Assembly: GCA_043738385.1 (NCBI GenBank)
Contig: JAYUGL010000167.1
Coordinates: 348-64,347 of the forward strand
DNA length: 64,000 nucleotides
Direction: 5' to 3'
Source: Sterolibacteriaceae bacterium
Lineage (GTDB): Bacteria; Pseudomonadota; Gammaproteobacteria; Burkholderiales; Rhodocyclaceae
Shown here: one piece after another, positions 56,001-62,633 of the stretch
How the letters are laid out: the number at the start of each line of letters is the position of its first letter
Numbering within the stretch: the stretch's first letter is position 1
The notes under the pieces: model-generated
Seen by the model: only the letters and a program-made list of their open reading frames with translations
What the model was told of the DNA's origin: nothing
The model's database searches: none
Made by a program: the position numbers and the translations under genes

Positions 56001-58590
56001 CGCCACCGGGCGGCGTGGCGGGCAGCAGCGATGTCTTGCCGGTCATCAGCAAATCAAGGTAGCCCGGCAGGACGCGCTTCTGGGTGCACAAGGCGTCGTG
56101 CGCGGTATCCTCCGCATACCAGACCGGCACGTCGGGCAGAAAGCCCGATTTCCAGCTCACCGTGCCATCGCCGCATGGGGTGGCGAGAAACTCCAGGCGC
56201 TTGCGTCCCGCCAGCAGTGGATCCTCGTAGTCGGCTACCTGGTAGTCGATCACGGTCGCATCCTGGCAGCCGGCGACGTAGATCATGAACTTGGGGTCGG
56301 CGGGTGCCGCTTTGAGCAGCGCCCAGGTATCGCGCGCCTGTTGCAGCACCGCCTCGTCCGTCACCGGCCAACGGGCACTCAATGCCTTCCTGAGATCCTG
56401 CCACAGCGCGCGCTGCGCGAAATCCCGACTGTCGTCATCGAAGGGCAGAAGTTCCACCAGCCCGGGAAACGCGCGTACCAGATCGATGATTTCATCGGTG
56501 TCGTGCGTCATGTCGAGCAGGCTGAGGTTCGCCTCGGTCGCGTTGTAACCTGTCAGCCAGCGCACCGCTTCGTAGGAGCCGCGGTTGGGTGTACCGAGCA
56601 TCAGGAAGCGGCTGTTCGGCAGCGCCTGGATGCGCCGCCACAGCGCCGCGCCGCGGCTGCCGTCGACGATCATGGCACGCGTCACCAGGCCGCCCATCGA
56701 GTGAGCGACGATGTGTACCGGCTGCTGAGTGCGCTCGATCTCCGGCAACCAGGTCTCCAATTTGTCGGCGAGTTTCGCCGCCGCATCGCGCACCGACAGC
56801 CGCCAGTCATAGGGGAATATCTCGACGCGATGGCTGCGCGCGAGGAATTCCAGTAGCGGGCCGTAGAAATCGTCGAGCAGATCGACCGGCTCGACGCCGG
56901 CTACGTCCATATGAATCTTCGCCAGCCCGCCCCGCAACAAGCTCCAGTAGTTCAACCAGACACCCTCGCCCTGAACGTTCAGAGCACTACCCATGGTCCC
57001 TGGCAGCACTACCGCCAGCGGCCGTGGTTCGGCGGCGGTGCGACTGCGACGCACGGCAGCGCGCCAGCGCGGCTCTGCCTGCGGCGCTTCCTGAATCGGC
57101 TGGAAACCGCCGTCGTCATCGTCGGCCCGGGTGAGGCCCGCCACCAGCCAGCGCACGCTCTTGTCGTTGGCGAAATAGCTGAAGTGACTAACGTTGGCGC
57201 CCTTGTCTAACTGGAAGCGCGCACCCTTCTCCGGACGACGCAAGCCACCGGCCATGGAGCCGGTGTTCACCACCAGGTCGTGATCGGCGCCATAGAACCA
57301 GTCGGTGGCCAGCAGCTTGACCTGGCTCCACAAGCCCTCGCCCTCGATGTCGCCGGCGATGACGCTCAAGTCGGCGCTTGTCACCAGCGCCGGATGCAGC
57401 AGCAGGCGCGTCAACGCGGAACCCGGCATCATGGCTTCAAGCCCTGGCAGCGTGCGCGGATCGGTGCGTTCCTTTACCACCGCCAGCATGAAGTCGGCAA
57501 CATCGCCGACGAGACCGTCGCCACTCAGGAAATTCAGCACCGACAGCCAACGGTCGAGCCGCCCAGAAGCCAGCGTGGTGCCGCGCGCCGGACAGGCCAC
57601 GCGTACGAAACGACCAACCTTCAACTGGCGGTCGTCAAGTTCGTTCAATAGTTGTTGCAGGTTCTTGCGGTCGGCTTGGTAGCCCAAATCGCGCGCCTTG
57701 GCATCATTCGCCGCCAGCGGTCCGAGGTCCAGTTGCCGGGCGATGGTCCGGTCGGCGGCGAAGAGCGTCTGTAGCAGTTCCGGACGTAGCAGGTCGTTCG
57801 CGCGATCGCGCTGGCCGAGGCAAAGCAGCTCGCCGACCAGGCCGCCGCGCGAATGACTGACGAGATGAATCTCGGCGCCCTTCGGCAGCCGCTGCACCAG
57901 ATCCAGCGCGTTGCGGATCGGGCTTTCCGTCATGCTGCGATGCTCCCACGCAAAGACCCGATCGCCATATTTCTCGGCCAGCGTGCGGCGTGCGGCAGCG
58001 CCGACGGCACCGTTCCACAGCTTGCCGAAGCTGCCCTCGCAACTCGACGCGGTGCCATGCAGGAAGACCAGGACCGGCTTGTCCGTGGCGATGCGCGCGT
58101 TTTTTTCGGTCGGCGAAAGCGCAAAAGTATCGCCGAGTGCGCAACGGTAGAGTCCCGGTGCCCTGCCTTTGAGCATTTTTTCTTCAAACGCCCGGCCGAT
58201 GGCGCCGGCCGCCTTTTCTTTCAGATCCACGCCGAAGAACTCGAGCGCCTTGATGCCCAATCCCATCCACCCGCGCTGGCCGCGGGCGCCTGCCCGGGCG
58301 CCGCGCGCCGACGGCTGGAGCTCGATTTCCCAGGCATCGCCGCCATCGCGGCGCACCTCCTTGCGGCCGCTTTCGCGGATCAGATCGTCGGCACGCGTCC
58401 ACAGCACGAAGCCGTTGTCGAGCTCGACCTTCACCACCTCGTCGCTGTGCGCCTCGATCTCCTCGGCGGTCGCGCCCCGCGCAGCGCCAGGCACCACGCG
58501 GCGGTGGCTGGTGATGACGACCGCCTTGCTGGTGGCCGGCGCGGTAGCCGATGACTGTTGGGTGCCACGGATGCGATAGCTGATGGTCAT
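53086..58590 (-). CDS. 1,834-aa multidomain protein: two lipase-type alpha/beta hydrolases + central alpha/beta insert + CHAT (caspase-like) protease + C-terminal helical repeats
   Basis: ATG with AGGAG RBS. SHSRG (Ser247) with DHDLVV/SHF. AHSMGG (Ser631) with GDGTV and AHD (LCAT/PGAP1-like). CHAT dyad HLAGHG (His1335) and FINCCHLG (Cys1400/1401). Residues ~1510-1834 are helical. Confidence 0.85.
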   Translation of the reverse strand: MTISYRIRGTQQSSATAPATSKAVVITSHRRVVPGAARGATAEEIEAHSDEVVKVELDNGFVLWTRADDLIRESGRKEVRRDGGDAWEIELQPSARGARAGARGQRGWMGLGIKALEFFGVDLKEKAAGAIGRAFEEKMLKGRAPGLYRCALGDTFALSPTEKNARIATDKPVLVFLHGTASSCEGSFGKLWNGAVGAAARRTLAEKYGDRVFAWEHRSMTESPIRNALDLVQRLPKGAEIHLVSHSRGGLVGELLCLGQRDRANDLLRPELLQTLFAADRTIARQLDLGPLAANDAKARDLGYQADRKNLQQLLNELDDRQLKVGRFVRVACPARGTTLASGRLDRWLSVLNFLSGDGLVGDVADFMLAVVKERTDPRTLPGLEAMMPGSALTRLLLHPALVTSADLSVIAGDIEGEGLWSQVKLLATDWFYGADHDLVVNTGSMAGGLRRPEKGARFQLDKGANVSHFSYFANDKSVRWLVAGLTRADDDDGGFQPIQEAPQAEPRWRAAVRRSRTAAEPRPLAVVLPGTMGSALNVQGEGVWLNYWSLLRGGLAKIHMDVAGVEPVDLLDDFYGPLLEFLARSHRVEIFPYDWRLSVRDAAAKLADKLETWLPEIERTQQPVHIVAHSMGGLVTRAMIVDGSRGAALWRRIQALPNSRFLMLGTPNRGSYEAVRWLTGYNATEANLSLLDMTHDTDEIIDLVRAFPGLVELLPFDDDSRDFAQRALWQDLRKALSARWPVTDEAVLQQARDTWALLKAAPADPKFMIYVAGCQDATVIDYQVADYEDPLLAGRKRLEFLATPCGDGTVSWKSGFLPDVPVWYAEDTAHDALCTQKRVLPGYLDLLMTGKTSLLPATPPGGARAATTGAEKFVMPTLPPTDSIPDQRDMRSMGFGPGAPVEDAADQMTTPRIQVSVVHGDLSYARYPVLVGHYLGDVIVNAEAALDGRLGRVLTKSLGLGLYPGQPGTHAVFFNEQPSGKPGGAIVIGLGQVGSLSTTVLQTTVCAALLDYALQVARWPDARFGPSGGVRSAAVSCLLVGSGPGGTSVRDCVEVILRGAVLANERLEKAELADKVLVDRIEFVDVFEDAALAAAKALKALLADGQLATAVNWSAGVVEEGQGCRRRLRYDDAPGWWGRLEIIEEKGDGGLRFISATDRARAEITHATGQLRFAEDFIRQASRSPASNSEVAKTLFEMLLPNQLKELAPQQTDMVLLVDEVSARYPWELIEDRWSQSGRPPAVSAGLIRQLKTPQFRLNPHHATEATAFVVGNPDLGGWREFPELPGARDEAQKVSALLSRRGFRVRDCIDENAEDLMDGLHKDAWRILHLAGHGEHEFVLNDDTGAAHDDGAQSVQDITASSKPERRVSGMVIGKNTFLTPGDIEQMRWVPELVFINCCHLGKTQAEGHGEYSALAANLGVQFINMGVKAVVAAGWAVDDGAAGAFAESFYRHMLDPDCPMTFGEAVKAARAAVWASFPEVNTWGAYQCYGDHGYRLRGEGSARPSQPSFLAPAELVAELDNHRESIRMQMKEKGEDVEAVARMRATIDALLAGAPEAQRGEWAARADVAAAAGFAWGETGEYAKGVEWLNKALHADLGDCPLRAVEQCANFQVRLCGQRWQALRASKRGKAADRRGLVADIEHAVRELDVICQRAPTVERLNLLGGACKRLAWVCDDATPRFEALVNMASYYHQAFKRGNNENPYPFSNWAIATVFVAVLDRTRSDHWRSIVDDQCQRMIAIATARKEANPNFWDAVGEADCELARLLLQTGNAATQSVGRIVARYRAAAQRGASPREYASVLEHLDFVAELAGIASLPAAEAIKSVRAAL

Positions 58591-58637
58591 GACAGGCGCT
58601 CCTCGTTCAAATTCGGTGGGTCCGCCGGACGGCGTGG

Positions 58638-59429
58638 TCAGGTGAACACGTCGAATCGGCGGGCGGCCGCGCTGCCGAATATCTGCGGGTGCTGCGGCAG
58701 TTTGCTGGAAGGCAGGTAGGCACTGATCAGTTTGAACCAGTCGTCATAATTGGACGGCGCGTCCTCGCGCAGCGTCTTCAGCGCGTAGTAGGTGAAGGCG
58801 CCGTTAGGCCGGCCATGGAAGCGCGTATCCCAGCTGTATTCGGAATCCTCGGCGCCAGCCAAAAGCAGATCGCCGCCGCTGCGCTTGAATCCGTGCACCA
58901 GGGTCTTTGGCCGCTTCGCGGTTGCAGGCAGCTTGCCCGCCGGCATCCAGTCCTGCAAGGGCATGTAGCGGGCGCGCGGCATGCCGGGGGCGGGGTCGGT
59001 TGCATCGCCGCGGGTTACCGAACCGGAGTGGCAGCTGTCGGAGAGCAGCAGGACGCGCACGCCATTCGCGCGCCGGTCGAAAAGTTGATGGATCTCGTCA
59101 TCGAGCAGTGGCCCCGCGCTGCTGATATCCCAGGGGCAGAGACCCTCATCACGGCCATCGGGCTCATCGCCGGAACTGTCCGGCACCCAGGTGCCATGCC
59201 CGGAGTAGGTGATGACCACGGTATCGCCTGACGACACGCCGGAGATCGCCGCGCCGATTAACGCCGCCATGTTAGCCTTGGTGGCCTGGCCGTCGAGCAA
59301 CTTGGTAATGGTGAAGCCGCGCTTGGCGAGTTCCGTCGCCCAGTCATTGGCATCGTTGACGCAGCCGGACAAATCGTTCTGGGTGCCGGGATAGTCGTTG
59401 ATGCCTATGCAAAGTGCCTTCTTCGCCAT
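58638..59429 (-). CDS. Caspase-like peptidase (C14 family, metacaspase/orthocaspase type)
   Basis: ALCIGINDY, His motif YSGHG (His78, nt 59196-59198) and Cys motif LSDSCHSG (Cys133, nt 59031-59033). AAGGAGGA RBS. Confidence 0.9.
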   Translation of the reverse strand: MAKKALCIGINDYPGTQNDLSGCVNDANDWATELAKRGFTITKLLDGQATKANMAALIGAAISGVSSGDTVVITYSGHGTWVPDSSGDEPDGRDEGLCPWDISSAGPLLDDEIHQLFDRRANGVRVLLLSDSCHSGSVTRGDATDPAPGMPRARYMPLQDWMPAGKLPATAKRPKTLVHGFKRSGGDLLLAGAEDSEYSWDTRFHGRPNGAFTYYALKTLREDAPSNYDDWFKLISAYLPSSKLPQHPQIFGSAAARRFDVFT

Positions 59430-59480
59430 GTTGTGTCCTCCTTGGGGCAGGCTTGTGCCACGGACCGACGCACTGTTGGT

Positions 59481-59509
59481 AATCTAGCGATGCAAACAAC
59501 TTTGGTCAA
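59481..59509 (-). promoter_or_regulatory. Candidate internal sigma70 promoter upstream of the caspase-like gene
   Basis: Minus strand TTGACC (59509-04), 17 nt, TAGATT (59486-81), inside an AT-rich 138-nt gap. A 6-bp inverted repeat GTCACG-cc-CGTGAC lies just upstream. Confidence 0.45.
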
Positions 59510-59567
59510 TGATACTGATACGTAAATATTGGTTTGTCACGCCCGTGACTTATCGGACCCACCGGCA

Positions 59568-60389
59568 TCAGAGGCTTCTGGTGTCGATCCAGCAGACCCG
59601 GCCGCTGCGGCGTTTGACTTCTTCGACCATATGGCCGGTGCCACCGGCGCCCTCGGTACCCGCGCCGTTCCAAAGGCAGACGAGACTTACCTTGTCCGGG
59701 CCGCAGACGAGGGCGGTATAGAGCAGCCAGAGATTGCAACGCTCGTAGGGGTAGTCCTCGCTGCTGCCGCGCGGCGGCTGGCCCAGCACCTCCGGTGCGG
59801 CGCGCGGGGGTGCCGCCAGCGCGGCTCTCGACGCCAGGTAACGGCGGTGCCAATCTTCGCCGCAGCCAACCACGGAGGCCGCGATGAACTCCGGTTCGGC
59901 AAAGGGTTGCAGCCAGAACACCTTCACGCCACGTTGCCGACAGGCTTCGGTGAACAGCAGGTCGCCGCCGCATGCGCCCTGCGTCAGCGCGAGATCTTGC
60001 GACCCGGCAGCGAGCCGTTCGAGCGCTTCGGCAATTCTTTGCGCCGCCTGCGCTACCTTGTTGGCGGGAAAACGTGGCGTCGGCCGATCGGGGGCATCGA
60101 TCATATGGCCACTGAACACGAAGACCTGCCTGGGCTGCCAGGTTTCTGCGGCGCGATTCGGAACAGCGGTCCCTTGCCGGCACAGGGCCTGCTCGCTCAG
60201 GCCCTTCGCATTGCCAGCGTTGATAACCAAGGCACGTTCGAGCAGTTCGAGCGCGAACGCGTAGTGCCCCGCCGCACGTAACGCCGCGGCCGCCTCGATC
60301 CAAGTATCGGCGCGAAGCTCCGCTGCCGGCGCCTCGTCGGCGAGCAGCAGCAGATCACCGATGCGGTTCGCCGAGCGGGCGAGACCCAC
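59568..60389 (-). CDS. Hypothetical protein with SLOG/LOG-like Rossmannoid domain (tentative) and short N-terminal helical region
   Basis: This frame is the only protein-like one of three overlapping ORFs. VFVFSGHMID strand, TQGACGGDLLFTEA and GAGGTGHMVEE resemble the GGxxG / GGxGTxxE loops of LOG/DprA/SLOG folds. GTG start. Confidence 0.5.
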   Translation of the reverse strand: MGLARSANRIGDLLLLADEAPAAELRADTWIEAAAALRAAGHYAFALELLERALVINAGNAKGLSEQALCRQGTAVPNRAAETWQPRQVFVFSGHMIDAPDRPTPRFPANKVAQAAQRIAEALERLAAGSQDLALTQGACGGDLLFTEACRQRGVKVFWLQPFAEPEFIAASVVGCGEDWHRRYLASRAALAAPPRAAPEVLGQPPRGSSEDYPYERCNLWLLYTALVCGPDKVSLVCLWNGAGTEGAGGTGHMVEEVKRRSGRVCWIDTRSL

Positions 60390-60437
60390 CCGCGCGTGCC
60401 AGGAATCGTTCGTTGCGATCGTAGCCCCCTTCGGTGT

Positions 60438-61832
60438 TCAACTCCAGGCGCGATTGCCAAGCCCGGCGACGTAGTCGTTGATGAACTTCGCCCAGGCGTT
60501 CTTCTTCGCGAAGTCGAGCGTGCGGTAGAGGCCGCAGACCTTCTTCTTCGGGAAGTAGATCGAGGCGCCGTGCGAATGCGCCATCTTCGCGCCTTTCCAG
60601 CCCGATCGCAGGATCATCTGCGCCGCCGCCGCCTTCACCGCCGCACAGGCGGCCGAAACATCGGCAACGGTGACGAGCTTGGCCAGGCCGTCGCAAAGGT
60701 CAACCAGGTCGACGTAATCGTCGTAGGGTGACGAGTACTCCTGCACCCCGCCGCGTACCGACTGGAGCGCGGTGAAGACCTTCGCGTCGGTCATCGCCTT
60801 GCTGAGCGCGGCGCCGAGGCTATTCACGCCGGCGGCAACGGCATCGATCTTGGCAAGATCCGTGGCGGCGAAGGTGACGCCGGAATTAGCGCCATAAGAC
60901 GCGATGTACTGGGTAACGGCGAGCTTCGAAAGTTCGGCCGGAGACATGGCCGGATTCTTGGCCAGCGCGGTCAGGATGCGGTCGTAAGGCCAGCCTTCGT
61001 TTGGCTCTTCTTCCTGCGAACCCACGGTGTAGGCAGCGACGCCCTTAACCTGGTAGCCGACTTCGAGCATGCTCATCAGGCAGGCGTCGAAACCGAGGAT
61101 GTCGATCTTGCGGCCGAGCAGTTTCTTGATGTCGAGCATGACGCGCTTCATCTCGATGTTGTCGATGTAGTCCTGCGCCTGATCGTCGAAGGCGATGGCG
61201 CGCGACTGCGCCATTTTCTGAACCGTGGTCCGGAACAGCGCGCGACCGCCGCGTCGAATCGCCGCCCGTGCCTGCGCCAGAGGAACCGCGGCCGTCTTCT
61301 TGCGCCCGGCGCCCGCGCGCGCCGACACGCCGCCCTTGGCATCGAGCGTGTAGCCCTTGCGGATCACCGGCGGCGCGTTGCCACCGAAATAGTCGCCGCC
61401 GGCGGCATAAAGGTTCGAATCGTCCCAACCGGCGCCGTGGTTCCAGAGTACCGCCAGGTAATGCTGCGCCGGGTAGGTCTTGATGCCCCAGGTCAGAAAG
61501 TCCTTCAGGACCTTGGGGTCGCCCGTATTCGTCTCGCCCAGATCACCGACGACGTCGGCCGCGACCGGGGTACCCTTGCGCAGCAGATAGCGTTTCGTGG
61601 TTTCCTTGCTGCCCGCCCGATCAAACTGGGCAACGACGTTGATCGAGGCGCTGGAGCCGACCTTCTTCATCTCCAGCAGATCGGTCACTCCGGCGCCGTC
61701 GAGATTGTTGTCGCCGGCCAGATAGACCATGAGGGTCCAGCTGGCATTCGCTTTGGCTTTGGCCGGAGCCGCTTTTTTCGTCGTCGCTCTTCCTGCCGGC
61801 GTCTTTGTTGTCGTTGCGCGTGCCATAGTCAT
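60438..61832 (-). CDS. Clostripain-like cysteine peptidase (C11 family)
   Basis: WTLMVYLAGDNNL, His motif LWNHGAGW, Cys motif GFDACLMSMLE. N-terminal Lys/Ala/Thr-rich low-complexity segment. Confidence 0.85.
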   Translation of the reverse strand: MTMARATTTKTPAGRATTKKAAPAKAKANASWTLMVYLAGDNNLDGAGVTDLLEMKKVGSSASINVVAQFDRAGSKETTKRYLLRKGTPVAADVVGDLGETNTGDPKVLKDFLTWGIKTYPAQHYLAVLWNHGAGWDDSNLYAAGGDYFGGNAPPVIRKGYTLDAKGGVSARAGAGRKKTAAVPLAQARAAIRRGGRALFRTTVQKMAQSRAIAFDDQAQDYIDNIEMKRVMLDIKKLLGRKIDILGFDACLMSMLEVGYQVKGVAAYTVGSQEEEPNEGWPYDRILTALAKNPAMSPAELSKLAVTQYIASYGANSGVTFAATDLAKIDAVAAGVNSLGAALSKAMTDAKVFTALQSVRGGVQEYSSPYDDYVDLVDLCDGLAKLVTVADVSAACAAVKAAAAQMILRSGWKGAKMAHSHGASIYFPKKKVCGLYRTLDFAKKNAWAKFINDYVAGLGNRAWS

Positions 61833-61946
61833 TCTCCCTTACGGTTGGATGTGTGGATCATGCGTACTGCCGCCGGTTGACAATACTCTCACAACATATC
61901 GGCTTCAATGGATGATCGATGCCGACAATCGGTCGCCGGCACGTAA

Positions 61947-62326
61947 CGCCTCGCGAATACCCGCGGCACGGACGGACGGATCCTCCGCGCCGACGATGAT
62001 ACGTTTCTCCGGCAGAATGAAGATGACCACCAATTCGAATACGGTATCTTCCGCCACGGCTTGGTCCGCGCCTGCCGTGACGCGTGCGCATGGCGGTGCC
62101 CACCGGCATGGCGGCGAACTTCTGGGACGACCAGTTCCGTCTGCTCGTGAACGGCGTGCCGCGCGCGCCCGACTCGAACCTGAATCTGACGGTGGAGGGC
62201 GGCGCCGCATTGGACGGTGACGTCACCTTCGAAGTACCGGATACGGCGCAGTCGCTCACGCTTCGGATCCAGCATGGCGCGGACGCCGCGGCCGACCTGC
62301 CGCTGAAGATGGAACCGAAAAAATGA
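61947..62326 (+). pseudogene. Possible frameshifted gene remnant (beta-sandwich-like C-terminal fragment)
   Basis: Two adjoining protein-like stretches in different frames: ...ILRADDDTFLRQNEDDHQFEYGIFRHGLV, then ...NFWDDQFRLLVNGVPRAPDSNLNLTVEGGAALDGDVTFEVPDTAQSLTLRI. Both have G/C-rich third positions but no intact long ORF. Confidence 0.3.
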
Positions 62327-62445
62327 AACCCGCGTCTTCATCGCAATGCCCTTCGGCCCCAAGAAGGACGCCAACGGCCGACGATAACTTCAACCGCATC
62401 CAAGACGAGCGGCTCAAGGAGCGCTTGGTCGCCATCTGCGCGTAA
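62323..62445 (+). pseudogene. Decayed N-terminal fragment of a TIR-like/NDT-like gene (paralog of 51103..52464)
   Basis: RVFIAMPFGPKKDANG (frame 0) and DDNFNRIQDERLKERLVAI (frame 1) together mimic CFVVQGFGKKTDFTDG...LDLDASYAIIKEAV. Two frame changes are needed, and the reading frame stops after ~40 codons. Confidence 0.45.
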
Positions 62446-62511
62446 GTCTGCTGGCGCTCGGCGCTGCGGAATGAAGATTCATTGTCTTTAAGGCAGACGC
62501 AAATACTCGTC

Positions 62512-62538
62512 CGTAAAATCTTTCGCTATCCCGAAAGA
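62512..62538 (-). terminator. Weak terminator candidate downstream of the C1/hydrolase gene
   Basis: 7-bp stem TCTTTCG/CGAAAGA (62519-25 / 62532-38) followed on the minus strand by TTTTA. About 95 nt after the stop at 62634. Confidence 0.3.
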
Positions 62539-62633
62539 GGATCAGGTTCGAGGCGCAATACCGATGAGGTGGCTAATGTGAGCCTTCTATATGAGCGCGG
62601 TTAGCAGCAAAAATTACAACGCGTTGCGATGAA

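Noticed and set aside
53023-56856. Plus-strand ORFs 53023..55044 (673 aa) and 55612..56856 (414 aa), plus many 60-250-aa ORFs overlapping the giant gene.
   Set aside because: They are antisense shadows of the 1,834-aa ORF, which carries several intact catalytic motifs. The antisense translations are Arg/Ala/Gly-rich and motif-free.
59506-60303. Alternative ORFs 59506..60303 (minus) and 59529..60281 (plus), overlapping the SLOG-like gene.
   Set aside because: Both translate to Arg/Gly/Pro-rich strings. Only the 59568..60389 minus frame has alternating hydrophobic strand and helix patterns with Gly-rich loops.
62617-62626. 10-bp perfect palindrome CAACGCGTTG just downstream of the C1/hydrolase stop codon.
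   Set aside because: It is too short, has no loop and no flanking T-run. It could arise by chance or be a restriction-type site, so it does not support a feature.
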